A stretch of DNA of 64,000 nt from an archaeon (GTDB lineage: Archaea; Methanobacteriota_B; Thermococci; Methanofastidiosales; NM3), in the NCBI GenBank assembly GCA_004212155.1, contig RXIG01000019.1:40892-104891 (forward strand). The letters are read 5' to 3'. This document shows positions 48,561 to 58,277 of this stretch, piece by piece. Numbering within the stretch: the first letter of the stretch is position 1; every line of letters begins with the position of its first letter. Made by a program: the position numbers and the translations under genes. The notes beneath the pieces were generated by a model. It was given only the letters and a program-made list of their open reading frames with translations. It had not been told where the DNA came from and did not search any database.

Positions 48561-48980
48561 CTAGAACTCCGCCTCATCATCGAGCTTCTTGTTTGCAAGC
48601 GCATCGACGTGCGTGATGAGCGGGTCTGTCCTGCGCACGTGCGTGAAGGTCACGCTGGAAAAGTGGGTGGCCTGTGAGCGCACCTTCTCATGCAGCGGCC
48701 GCAGGTGCGGTGTTTTCACCTTCCACGTTCCACGCAGCTGGAATATCACAAGCTGGGAATCCGACACGACCACTACAGGACCGCGTGTGAAGTCCTTTGC
48801 CTTCTCAAGGCCAAGGATGACGGCGGTGTACTCTGCCACGTTGTTGGTCGAGACACCAATGTAACTTGCCTCCTCATACAATATGGTGTCGTTGCGCACT
48901 ATGCAGTACGCGCTGGCAGAATCACCCGGATTGCCGCGTGAGGCGCCATCCGTGTAGACGTAGATGTCATCTGTGTTCAT
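48561..48980 (-). CDS. rnhA: Ribonuclease HI
   Basis: YTDGASRGNPG, TNNVAEY, SDSQLV, VDALAN. Confidence 0.9.
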   Translation of the reverse strand: MNTDDIYVYTDGASRGNPGDSASAYCIVRNDTILYEEASYIGVSTNNVAEYTAVILGLEKAKDFTRGPVVVVSDSQLVIFQLRGTWKVKTPHLRPLHEKVRSQATHFSSVTFTHVRRTDPLITHVDALANKKLDDEAEF

Positions 48981-49115
48981 GTGATTACCCACTCCAGTGA
49001 ATACCACAACGACTTAAAAAAGTAATCCCATGGCGGCAAATATCATGACACGGCAGGAAAACACTGGCCAAAAGCAAAATGCTTAAAAGGTATGGGCGGG
49101 AATCGTTGCAAAAGA

Positions 49116-49925
49116 ATGCAGAAGGTGGTCCTTGTTGCCGCGACTAAGGGAATATATGTGATCAAGTTAGGCACGTCACTTATAACAGACATCGCAACGA
49201 ATCAGATTCGTATCGAGACACTAAACAATCTTACCGACCAGATCGCACGGGCCCATGAAAAAAAACACGTTATCGTCGTGTCATCCGGGTCTATAGGGCT
49301 GGGGCTCAGCACGCTCAATCTGACCAAGCGCCCGAAAGAGATGGCAAAGAAGCAGGCGGCAGCCGCGATCGGACAAAACAAGCTCATGAACACGTATGAG
49401 AAGCTGTTCAACAAGCGAAACATTACCATTGCCCAGGTGCTGCTCACAAAAGACGGCATACTCTCGGAGAAAGGTTACAACAATGCCTACAACACCATTC
49501 TCACGCTCCTCGAGTACGGCGTCGTCCCCATCATCAACGAGAACGACACGATTGCCACCGAGGAGATCCAGTTCGGTGATAACGACAATCTGGCCTCGTA
49601 CGTGGCACAGATGATGCAGGCCGAGATGCTCATCCTTCTTACCGACACCGACGGTCTCTACACGAGCGACCCGTCGATAGACCCCTATGCGCAAAAGCTC
49701 GAGGTGGTCCATGAGATCACAAGGGACATCGAGCTATCAGCGGGCGTGACAAACGGCCTGTGTTCGGTCGGAGGAATGAACTCGAAGATACAGGCGGCCC
49801 AACGTGCCCTGCTTCACGGAGTACCGGTAACGATAGCAAGCGGCTTTGATACCTCGTGCATCGAGAAGATAGTCGACGGCAAGCCGTGTGGAACGCTCTT
49901 CATACCGCCAGGGGATGATATTTGA
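49116..49925 (+). CDS. proB: Glutamate 5-kinase (no PUA domain)
   Basis: VIKLGTS, SSGSI, INENDT, FGDNDNL, GGMNSK; start uncertain. Confidence 0.92.
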   Translation: MQKVVLVAATKGIYVIKLGTSLITDIATNQIRIETLNNLTDQIARAHEKKHVIVVSSGSIGLGLSTLNLTKRPKEMAKKQAAAAIGQNKLMNTYEKLFNKRNITIAQVLLTKDGILSEKGYNNAYNTILTLLEYGVVPIINENDTIATEEIQFGDNDNLASYVAQMMQAEMLILLTDTDGLYTSDPSIDPYAQKLEVVHEITRDIELSAGVTNGLCSVGGMNSKIQAAQRALLHGVPVTIASGFDTSCIEKIVDGKPCGTLFIPPGDDI

Positions 49926-51169
49926 TGAGTTACGCAGAGGATTTGGGAAAGCAATCGAAGAAGGCATGGTACATGCTCTCGACACTTGATACAGCCACGA
50001 AAAACGAAGTATTGCACGCGCTTGGGTCGCGGCTTGTCGAGAGGAAGGACTACATCCTAAAGGAGAACGAAAAGGACGTCGCTGAGGGCAAGGAGAGTGG
50101 GCTCTCCGATGCACTGATCGACAGATTGTCGCTATCCGAGGCACGTATCGGGGGTATGGCTGATGGTGTGCGGTCGATCGCGGCACTGCCCGATCCCGTC
50201 GGCGCTGTGGAAGGCATGAAACGCCTCCCAAACAAGTTGCTTGTGGGAAAGATGAAGGTGCCCATTGGTTCTATCCTCATCATTTACGAGGCACGACCCA
50301 ACGTTACGGTCGATGCGTTTGCGCTCTGTTTCAAATCAGGAAATGCGACCATACTCAAGGGCGGGTCCGAGGCAATACACTCAAACCGTGCGCTTATCAC
50401 CGTCATCAGGGAAGCGCTCGAGGAAGTGGGTGTTGACAGAAACGTGGTACAGTTCGTCGATACGACCGACCGCACGGTCGTCAACGAGCTGCTCACGCTT
50501 GACAAGCACATCGACCTCATCATCCCTCGTGGCGGCGAAGGGCTTATCACGTTCGTCGCAAAGAACGCAACGATACCGGTCATCAAGCACTACAAGGGCG
50601 TCTGCCACGTCTACGTCGATGACAAGGCCGACCTCGATGATGCGCTCGCAATCGCCGTCAATGCCAAGACCCAGCGGCCAGGTGTGTGCAACGCTATCGA
50701 GACGCTACTTGTCCATGAGGGTGTGGCAGAAACGTTCCTTCCCTCGCTCAGGGACAAGATGGATGAGCACAATGTCTCCCTGCGCGGATGTGACAAGGCC
50801 GTTAAGGTGTTGCTCGGCATAGAACCGGCGACCGAGGACGACTGGTATACCGAATACCTTGACCTCATCCTTTCGATAAGGGTCGTTGCTGACATCGACG
50901 AGGCCATAGAACATATTAACACGTACGGGTCGCACCACAGCGACGCCATCGTTACCAACGATCACGTGCGCGCGATGCGTTTCCTGCAGGAGGTCGACTC
51001 CGCGGCAGTCTATGTCAACGCCTCGACACGCTTCACCGACGGTGCCGAGTTCGGCCTGGGCGCCGAGATAGGCATCTCGACTGACAAGATACACGCACGG
51101 GGCCCCATGGGGCTCGAGGAGCTAACATCGACCAAATGGATCGTCTTCGGCGAGGGACAGATACGCTAG
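49922..51169 (+). CDS. proA: Gamma-glutamyl phosphate reductase
   Basis: YEARPNVT, CNAIET, NASTRFTDG, HARGPMGLEEL. Confidence 0.95.
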   Translation: MMSYAEDLGKQSKKAWYMLSTLDTATKNEVLHALGSRLVERKDYILKENEKDVAEGKESGLSDALIDRLSLSEARIGGMADGVRSIAALPDPVGAVEGMKRLPNKLLVGKMKVPIGSILIIYEARPNVTVDAFALCFKSGNATILKGGSEAIHSNRALITVIREALEEVGVDRNVVQFVDTTDRTVVNELLTLDKHIDLIIPRGGEGLITFVAKNATIPVIKHYKGVCHVYVDDKADLDDALAIAVNAKTQRPGVCNAIETLLVHEGVAETFLPSLRDKMDEHNVSLRGCDKAVKVLLGIEPATEDDWYTEYLDLILSIRVVADIDEAIEHINTYGSHHSDAIVTNDHVRAMRFLQEVDSAAVYVNASTRFTDGAEFGLGAEIGISTDKIHARGPMGLEELTSTKWIVFGEGQIR

Positions 51170-51218
51170 TCCCTTACTTTTTTCTATTAGTTTTTTATGT
51201 CGGCGATGTATAAGTAGT

Positions 51219-51704
51219 ATGATGACCATGAATGTTCTTGTAGTCTACTACTCACGTTCGGGTATTACAAGGCGCGTTGCCCGGGATTTGGCCTCAATGA
51301 TGGATGCGGATATCGAGGAGATCATCGACCCCACGGACAGGTCCGGCATAATTGGGTATATCCGTTCGGTATGGCATGTGGTTCGCAACAAGGAAGCGCC
51401 CATACGCACACCGCAAAACGACCCGTCAACCTACGACCTCGTAATCATTGGGACGCCCGTATGGGGCAGAAAGATGTCTGCGCCCGTTCGGGCATATATA
51501 TCACAGATGCGCATGCTCCTACCCAGCGTGGCGTACTTCTGTACGATGAAGGGCACGGGCGACATATCGGCTCTTGAGGGTATGGCACAACATGCGGGAA
51601 AGACGCCGCTGGCGCAGATAACGTTCAGTGAGCAGGACGTCAAGAAGGGGGCTCACGCATCCGAGCTTGAGGCCTTTGCGAGCGTGCTCAAGAGTGCTGC
51701 CTGA
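51219..51704 (+). CDS. Flavodoxin family protein
   Basis: YYSRSGITRRVA, GTPVW. Confidence 0.85.
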   Translation: MMTMNVLVVYYSRSGITRRVARDLASMMDADIEEIIDPTDRSGIIGYIRSVWHVVRNKEAPIRTPQNDPSTYDLVIIGTPVWGRKMSAPVRAYISQMRMLLPSVAYFCTMKGTGDISALEGMAQHAGKTPLAQITFSEQDVKKGAHASELEAFASVLKSAA

Positions 51705-51822
51705 CATCGCCGTCACCAGCTGAGGGCACATCCTGGCCTGAGTGCGTGGCAACGAATGTGCGTCAAAAACGCCCATCCATGACTGTAAAAAGCTATAAAT
51801 AGTACCGGTCATACGCCCCACC

Positions 51823-52236
51823 ATGCGCATACGAGCACACCATCTCCTATGCATACAGGGGTTTCAGGGTTACGGTTATTCTGATGTTTTCATAAAACAC
51901 ATGGCAACGGTAATAGCCCAGCTGCACATGAATCCGGAGATAACGATCACTGATTCGCTTGACGAGATCTGCGGGGCATGCCCCCACAACGACGGCCAAC
52001 GGTGCATCAAATGTGGAGAATCGGTGGTAAGGATAGACCACACCGTGCTGGAGATGATCCATACGTCGCAAGGCAGCTCATGGCATGCGAGCGACGCCAT
52101 AGAGCTTACGCGGTCACGGTTCGCAACGATGGAGGACGTGAATCGCGTATGCGGCACGTGCCAGTGGCGCAAACAGTGCGCATTCTATATGGGTATCAAA
52201 AAAAGGGAAGAAAAAGAAAGGGAAAAAGGGTCATAG
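51823..52236 (+). CDS. DUF1284 putative Fe-S protein
   Basis: RAHHLLCIQGFQGYGYS, DEICGACP, CGTCQW. Confidence 0.85.
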   Translation: MRIRAHHLLCIQGFQGYGYSDVFIKHMATVIAQLHMNPEITITDSLDEICGACPHNDGQRCIKCGESVVRIDHTVLEMIHTSQGSSWHASDAIELTRSRFATMEDVNRVCGTCQWRKQCAFYMGIKKREEKEREKGS

Positions 52237-52241
52237 ACCCC

Positions 52242-54140
52242 TTAAATGCCTAGATCCTTTCGCTTGTTCTCGATATGTGAGAGGATGTTTTGTCCCGCTT
52301 TCTTGGCATCTGTTTCTACGTCGATGACACCGCCGGTCACACCCTTGACGTCATCAGTGAGCAACTGCACCAGGTTAGGTGCGCCAGTGATCGGCGGCAC
52401 TGGATTCACATATGTATAGAGCCCAAGCGCCAGTGCGAAGATGGCATCGATTGTAGCCTTCTGTTCCATATACTCTGGGGCCACTGCCGCAACGGGCAGC
52501 TCTGGCACGGACACACCGAGCGCCTCGGAGACGGCAAGCAACAGATCGGCAAGCCGGCCCGTGTCGGTGCACGTGCCGAAGCTGAGCACAGGCGGCACGC
52601 CGAGTGCCCCGCATACCTTCTTCAATCCGGGTCCTGCCATCTCGAGGGCGTCAGGCGAGCAGAGTCCGGCGACCTGCATGGCCGCGTTGCCGCACCCGAG
52701 CGACAGCACGAGGACATCGTTTGCGATAAGCTCCTTTGCAACCTCCACACTATGGGTGTCCTGCCCCTTGTCGCGAAGGGTGGTGCAGGAAACAAGACCT
52801 GCGACACCCCTGATAGAGCCATCCTTGATGGCATCGAGCAACGGGTCGAGCGTGCCACCAAGCGCTTCAAGGATGCTCTCGGTCGAGAACCCGACGATCG
52901 CCTCACTCATCGGCAGGTCTGTTACGGCACCACCGAGGTCCTTTCGCTCCTTGAAGTTCTCAAGTGCCATCTCGATGAGCTGTCCGGCCTGGCCAGCGGC
53001 CTCCTCGGGCATGTAGTTGATACGGGTATCGACGCCTTCGAACGCGACGAGGTCGCTTACCGGCACAAGCTTGAAGTGGTAGCGTTCGGCATAGAGCGGA
53101 TCGACAGGCAGCGAACAGTTCATGTCGGCGGCAAACAGGTCGACGCATCCGCTTGCGAGCACGGCCTCCTGCATGATCCAGTTGCCTGTGTACCCGTAGA
53201 ACACATCATCGGTCTCCCACCGCTGGACCATCTCCTGGCCCGTCTCGATGTTGGCGATGACGCGTATGCCCTTGGCGCCCATCTCGTGCGCCTTTTCCTG
53301 CCACTCGGGCTTTCTGCACTCCTGGACGAGGGCAAATCCCATGAACGGTTCGTGACCGTTGGGAAGTATGTTGACGTAGGCGGGGTCGAGGACGCCAAGA
53401 TCAACGCGCATGGTGTGCGGCTTGGGGACGCCATAGAGCACGTCCTGGCACGCCTCGAGTACGATCTGGCTCTGATATGCCATCGCTATGCCAAGACGCA
53501 TCGCCTTGAGAGCGAGGCTGACGTAGTATCCGTCAACGTTGGTCAGGCACGAGCTCGTCGCTTGCATCATCTCTCCGTAGATGCCGCCGGGGAATATGCC
53601 GAGCTCTCGCCATTTCTCCTGGCGCTCGGGAGGGGCGAGCCGGCGCACGATGTCGCTTTCCTCGTAGTGAGGGCGTTCGAACTCTTCCTCAACGTAGTCG
53701 CAAAGCGCAAGCGCAACATCCTCGTCCGATCCAGACGTGTCAACGCCAAGGCGCTCGGCAAGTGTGCGCAGCCTGTCTGATGCGGTGATCGCGTAGGGCG
53801 CATTTCCCTTGGCCGTGGCACGAAGCGTCCGTATGGTCTGGTCGGCATGATAGTGATAAGTGGACGCGCCCATGACGTTTCGAAGCAGCATCATACGCAT
53901 CGCCATGCCATCGGCGGTGATGCCGCACACGCCGCGCTTGTCCTTTTCGGCATCGGCCCTGCAGGGGCCATTTGAACACAGGTCGCACCTGTTGCCGCCC
54001 ATGCAGAATGGGCAGCGGCGGTCAGGCGCGCCAAGCCCCTGGGCCTCATAACGGTCCCAGACGTTCGTAATGCCGTCCTCGTGGACCTTCTTGTACATCT
54101 TCTTCACTGAATCGTGATACGAAATCCTACTATCCTCCAA
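52242..54140 (-). CDS. cooS: CooS-family Ni-CODH homologue with non-canonical active site
   Basis: B-cluster CDLCSNGPC...VCG, NGHEP, DMNC, SCT, GCG, GTCTD, EQKA; TTG start after GGAGGT (ATG 54155 alternative). Confidence 0.88.
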   Translation of the reverse strand: MEDSRISYHDSVKKMYKKVHEDGITNVWDRYEAQGLGAPDRRCPFCMGGNRCDLCSNGPCRADAEKDKRGVCGITADGMAMRMMLLRNVMGASTYHYHADQTIRTLRATAKGNAPYAITASDRLRTLAERLGVDTSGSDEDVALALCDYVEEEFERPHYEESDIVRRLAPPERQEKWRELGIFPGGIYGEMMQATSSCLTNVDGYYVSLALKAMRLGIAMAYQSQIVLEACQDVLYGVPKPHTMRVDLGVLDPAYVNILPNGHEPFMGFALVQECRKPEWQEKAHEMGAKGIRVIANIETGQEMVQRWETDDVFYGYTGNWIMQEAVLASGCVDLFAADMNCSLPVDPLYAERYHFKLVPVSDLVAFEGVDTRINYMPEEAAGQAGQLIEMALENFKERKDLGGAVTDLPMSEAIVGFSTESILEALGGTLDPLLDAIKDGSIRGVAGLVSCTTLRDKGQDTHSVEVAKELIANDVLVLSLGCGNAAMQVAGLCSPDALEMAGPGLKKVCGALGVPPVLSFGTCTDTGRLADLLLAVSEALGVSVPELPVAAVAPEYMEQKATIDAIFALALGLYTYVNPVPPITGAPNLVQLLTDDVKGVTGGVIDVETDAKKAGQNILSHIENKRKDLGI

Positions 54141-54260
54141 CGTGAGTACCTCCATATAGATATCGTGAAGGAGATATATAAATCTGGTCATTTTATAGTT
54201 TTTCAAACTATTACTATTGTAAAAGTAGTAAAAAAAGTCGTATCGCGGCATGTGCCGCGA

Positions 54261-55127
54261 TCATCGTGAGTCGAGCAATCCCACAAGTGAGTCCCATACG
54301 TCGCCAAGAGCGGACGTGAGCGCAGCGTTGCCGTATTCGGGAAGCGTCTTGCGGCTTGCTATCGCGCGGTAGACGTCGATGTCATATGGCATCTTGCCCA
54401 CAACAGGGATACCGTTGCTGTCGCACCACTTGGTGATGGAGGCGGTCATGTCGGTATTGATATCGTACTTGTTGATACAGACCGCGGTAGGTACGGACAG
54501 CGAGCCTGCAAGTTCCGATACGCGTTCGAGGTCCCATTTTCCCGAAAACGTGGGTTCGCATACGACAAGCGCGAGATCTGCACCAGTAAGGGATGCGATG
54601 ACGGGGCATCCGATACCGGGCGGTCCATCGATGATTATCGTCTCAGCGCCTGACTCCCCTGCCACCTCGTGAGCCTTCTCGCGAACGGCTGTGACGAGCT
54701 TTCCTGAACCCTCCTCCCTGTAGCGCATGTCCATGTAGATGAATGGTCCGAATCGTGTCGTTGACCTATGGAGCGTCCCGGCCACGCGCTCTTCCATGGT
54801 GATGGCATCAGTAGGGCATACATAAGCGCAAACGCCGCATCCCTCGCAGCGCTGCTCGTCGATTGCGAGCGCGCCGTCGATGGCATCGAATCTGCACGCA
54901 TTGAAACACTTGCCGCAGGAATTGCACATGTCCTTATCGACCACGGCCACGATCGAGCCAACGATAGGCGTCTGCTCGATGGAGCGCGGCGTGAGGAGGA
55001 TGGGAAGGTTCGAGGCATCGACATCGCAGTCGGCGATGACGCACTCAGGGGCAAACGACATGAACGAAGCGGCGACCGTCGTCTTGCCCGTACCGCCCTT
55101 TCCGCTCACGACGGCTATCTCCCTCAT
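54261..55127 (-). CDS. MinD/ParA-superfamily P-loop ATPase with inserted 2x[4Fe-4S] ferredoxin domain
   Basis: SGKGGTGKTT, DCDVD, CNSCGKCFNAC, CEGCGVCAYVCP, DGPPGIGC. Confidence 0.9.
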   Translation of the reverse strand: MREIAVVSGKGGTGKTTVAASFMSFAPECVIADCDVDASNLPILLTPRSIEQTPIVGSIVAVVDKDMCNSCGKCFNACRFDAIDGALAIDEQRCEGCGVCAYVCPTDAITMEERVAGTLHRSTTRFGPFIYMDMRYREEGSGKLVTAVREKAHEVAGESGAETIIIDGPPGIGCPVIASLTGADLALVVCEPTFSGKWDLERVSELAGSLSVPTAVCINKYDINTDMTASITKWCDSNGIPVVGKMPYDIDVYRAIASRKTLPEYGNAALTSALGDVWDSLVGLLDSR

Positions 55128-55960
55128 GAGGACACCTCCGTTAGAATGGTGTCAAAGAGGGCAACAAACATTTCGCGCCACTGGTCGGACATGGCTGAAA
55201 GCGGTATACCATTAGACCCTGCCATCGCTATCTCCCTGCTGTGTGGTATCGTGGCGATGACGGGGATGGAACGATTGGCGAGGTAGTCATCGACATCGAT
55301 GTCACCCGCGCCGTACTTGTTGACGATGACGCCGTAGGGCAGCCCCATGTCCTTGGCCAGGTCGATGACCATCTCGAGATCATGGAGGCCAAAAAGTGTC
55401 GGCTCTGTGACGAGAATGGCGTAGTCGCATCCCTCGAGTGCCTCGACGGTGGGACACGAGCTTCCGGGTGGCGCATCGAGGATGACAGGATTATCATCCT
55501 TGACGCGCGTCTTGAGTTCGTGGATCACGGGTGGTGCCCGTGCCTCTCCAACGGTAAGAAGACCTCTGAAAAAGGTGAGTTGCCCCTTGGTGCCCCCCTC
55601 GATTATACCGACCCTGCGAGGCTTTTCATCGATCGCATCGACCGGACAGACGAGTGAGCATCCGCCGCATCCATTGCACATCTGGGGAAAGACAAGCACA
55701 TCGGTTGGAAGCACTGCCAGAGCATTATACCGGCAAAACGACGAACAATCACCGCAGAGCGTGCACAGATCACTGTCGATAGAGGGCGTCGGTATCGTCA
55801 CGTCACACACCTTCGAGAGTGAAATGCCAAGATAATGGTGGTCATCAGGTTCCTCGACGTCGCAGTCAAGCAGCGTGCACGCGCCGATGCTATGGGCAAG
55901 TCCCGTCGCGACGGTGGTCTTGCCAGTGCCGCCCTTTCCGCTTGCTATGGCTATCCGCAT
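55124..55960 (-). CDS. MinD/ParA-superfamily P-loop ATPase with inserted 2x[4Fe-4S] ferredoxin domain
   Basis: SGKGGTGKTT, DCDVEEP, CTLCGDCSSFC, CNGCGGCSLVCP, DAPPGSSC. Confidence 0.9.
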   Translation of the reverse strand: MRIAIASGKGGTGKTTVATGLAHSIGACTLLDCDVEEPDDHHYLGISLSKVCDVTIPTPSIDSDLCTLCGDCSSFCRYNALAVLPTDVLVFPQMCNGCGGCSLVCPVDAIDEKPRRVGIIEGGTKGQLTFFRGLLTVGEARAPPVIHELKTRVKDDNPVILDAPPGSSCPTVEALEGCDYAILVTEPTLFGLHDLEMVIDLAKDMGLPYGVIVNKYGAGDIDVDDYLANRSIPVIATIPHSREIAMAGSNGIPLSAMSDQWREMFVALFDTILTEVSS

Positions 55961-55965
55961 GGTGT

Positions 55966-56844
55966 TCACCTCGTGCTTTTATGGCCGCGGGTGCAGACAA
56001 GGGATCCCACGGGGGCACCGACGCTTTCTGCAAGCACAGGGCATTTGGGCGTTAAGAGAAAGAAAATATCCTCATTCTCACTTAGCATCTCGTAGTTTCC
56101 CTGCCCCTTGGCGATGACCGTGTCATAAGAGTCCATCACGTGCCTAAAAGCGTTGGATTCGCGGGGAATGCCTGAGGTCATCTCCCCGTTGCCGACACGC
56201 AGAGGGGTGCAGTATCCAAGCTCGTTGAATCCCACGTCTCGCCAGTCCTCCTCTGTCGCATCGTTGAGTATGGGGCCGCCCTTTATCGCCACCCTCACGT
56301 CAGAGACACCATAGGTCTCGTGTATCGTTTCGATAAGGAGTCTGTCGCAGACGATCTCGCCAGCATTGTCGGCAAGGAGGAGGACCGATGAGGCATCTTC
56401 CAGCGATGTCTTGAGCTCGGGCGTCCCATCGAGCGCGAAGGGCCGGGTAAGGAAGTCCTTCACCGTGCCCTCGAAGTCAAAGTCGGACGTGGGGCCAAAG
56501 TCGATGATATTGCCGGCAATCGCAATGCGCACAGCGCTTACAAGAGGGTCTTGAGAGGATGAAACTGTCGAGGCGAGGACAGGATACAGCTCGAGGGCCG
56601 ATTCATTGCAGCGCTTCTTTATGCCATAGTATGGATCATACCCCAGATGGTCACGCAGCAATGCGTGTATCCTCTGGGCAAGAATCGGGGGGCGTTCGTT
56701 CCACTGCATAGCACTCAGTGCACCGATGGCGGCCCGTAGTATACGCTCTGTCGACTCATCATCGACGCGCCCCATGCGCATGGCCTCGATAGCCTGGCGT
56801 TGAAGGCATGGCACGCATTCCACATTCATCCTCACACGTTGCAT
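55966..56844 (-). CDS. DUF89/ARMT1-family damage-control phosphatase
   Basis: ECVPC, AGNIIDFG, DNAGEIVCD, KGQGNYE. Confidence 0.9.
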   Translation of the reverse strand: MQRVRMNVECVPCLQRQAIEAMRMGRVDDESTERILRAAIGALSAMQWNERPPILAQRIHALLRDHLGYDPYYGIKKRCNESALELYPVLASTVSSSQDPLVSAVRIAIAGNIIDFGPTSDFDFEGTVKDFLTRPFALDGTPELKTSLEDASSVLLLADNAGEIVCDRLLIETIHETYGVSDVRVAIKGGPILNDATEEDWRDVGFNELGYCTPLRVGNGEMTSGIPRESNAFRHVMDSYDTVIAKGQGNYEMLSENEDIFFLLTPKCPVLAESVGAPVGSLVCTRGHKSTR

Positions 56845-56847
56845 CCC

Positions 56848-57207
56848 CTAATGATTGTGGCCACTGCATGCATCGTCCATCGATGCGACGCTCAGGCCCC
56901 CTTCCTTCCACAGTGTCACCGTATCGCGAACGGTGTCGCGCGCGCCTGTATACACTTCGATGCCGAGGTCATTGAACATCGCAAGCGCACGCTTGCCGAG
57001 TCCTCTGCAGATAAGCACTTCCACATCGAACTGCTGAAGCAGCTGTGGCGGCAGCAACGTGCCGCCCATGTGCCTGGATGTGTTGTCGATAGTCTCGACG
57101 TCTCCCGAATCTGTGTCATAGATCGTATACATCGGCGCGCTGCCAAAATGTTGGGCCACGACAGCATCCATTCCTTTCGATCTTTCTGTTGGTATGGCTA
57201 TCCTCAT
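56848..57207 (-). CDS. NifB/NifX-family (FeMo-co binding domain) protein
   Basis: RIAIP, HFGSAP, GLGKRA, C-terminal CSGHNH. Confidence 0.85.
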   Translation of the reverse strand: MRIAIPTERSKGMDAVVAQHFGSAPMYTIYDTDSGDVETIDNTSRHMGGTLLPPQLLQQFDVEVLICRGLGKRALAMFNDLGIEVYTGARDTVRDTVTLWKEGGLSVASMDDACSGHNH

Positions 57208-57212
57208 GATTT

Positions 57213-57878
57213 TCACTTCTCCTCGAATTTTCTGTATAACACTTCAATATGATCTATCATCGTTTCGACGGTGCAAAACGGTATCCCCACCACTATCGAG
57301 TCGGCATGGAGCCCCCCGTTTTCACGGGATTCCTTGCACCCGAACGAATACGCCATCTCGTTCGTGATGATCGGTTGCACGGTGCAACAGCCACACACGG
57401 GCATCAATCCCGTCTGCATCATCGGTATCGAACGTGACATTGCCTTCTCATACGCCTGAACGAGGATCATCATCTCCATTGGCGTGAGATATGAAATGAT
57501 CGCATCTGGGCGTTCGAGCTCCTTTGATATCTCGATCGTGCGTATGTTCGTCGTGAATCGCGGAAGCGCTGTAAGGCGTGAGAGGGCAGCCTCCCGCGAG
57601 AGGAATCGGTCATCATCCATCAGATGGTCGATAAGCTCCCTCATCTCCTCGCTGCCGCGCATGACGCCAAACGCATACCGCGCGCCATGGCATCTCGTCG
57701 CGGCCAGGTCGACATATCGCGTAGTGCCATCCTTGAGCGACTGATCGATAGCGGCACAGTAGGTCTGCCATGCCTGGGACATTCCCTGGGGCGTGGCATG
57801 CGCCTTGATGCCGACAAATGGTTTGCCAAATATGCGCTCAAGACTGCCTATGATCGTATTGTGTGTCACACAGTTCAC
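57213..57878 (-). CDS. DUF169 family protein
   Basis: YCAAI, RCHGARYAFG, PVCG, SFGCKESR. Confidence 0.75.
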   Translation of the reverse strand: MNCVTHNTIIGSLERIFGKPFVGIKAHATPQGMSQAWQTYCAAIDQSLKDGTTRYVDLAATRCHGARYAFGVMRGSEEMRELIDHLMDDDRFLSREAALSRLTALPRFTTNIRTIEISKELERPDAIISYLTPMEMMILVQAYEKAMSRSIPMMQTGLMPVCGCCTVQPIITNEMAYSFGCKESRENGGLHADSIVVGIPFCTVETMIDHIEVLYRKFEEK

Positions 57879-57899
57879 TTCTTCTGCCCTTTTTTATGG

Positions 57900-58265
57900 T
57901 TATCTCATGACGTGGTGGGAACCCACCATAGGCAAATCGATTGAGTCGTCAGAGCCGTGTTTGGCATTCTCGATCGCATCACGGACCGAGCCTCCCGATG
58001 CGGTCAGCATGGTAACGCCGGCGGCGGAGAGGGTCTGAAACGCGTTTGGGCCCACATTTCCTGTTACTACCTTAGTGACACCTTTTTGTATCAAGAATTC
58101 AGCGGCCTTGACCCCGGCACCGCCGCCAGCACGGGCAGCTTCGTTTGCAACAGCTTCATTGCTGTCATCATCGGTATCGGCAATTATGAAAAACGGTGCT
58201 CGACCGAACCTTCGCTCAACCTGTGAATCGAGCTCCTTTCCTTGTGATGTTATGGCTATCTTCAT
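57900..58265 (-). CDS. NifB/NifX-family (FeMo-co binding domain) protein
   Basis: KIAITS, RFGRAPFF, GGAG, TGNVGPNA. Confidence 0.88.
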   Translation of the reverse strand: MKIAITSQGKELDSQVERRFGRAPFFIIADTDDDSNEAVANEAARAGGGAGVKAAEFLIQKGVTKVVTGNVGPNAFQTLSAAGVTMLTASGGSVRDAIENAKHGSDDSIDLPMVGSHHVMR

Positions 58266-58277
58266 GGTTATACACCT

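Noticed and set aside
52290-53780. 496-aa plus-strand ORF
   Set aside because: Antisense shadow of cooS caused by codon bias
56848-58265. Nitrogen fixation inferred from NifB/NifX domains
   Set aside because: No nifHDK/ENB in the window; stand-alone NifX-like proteins are common in non-diazotrophs
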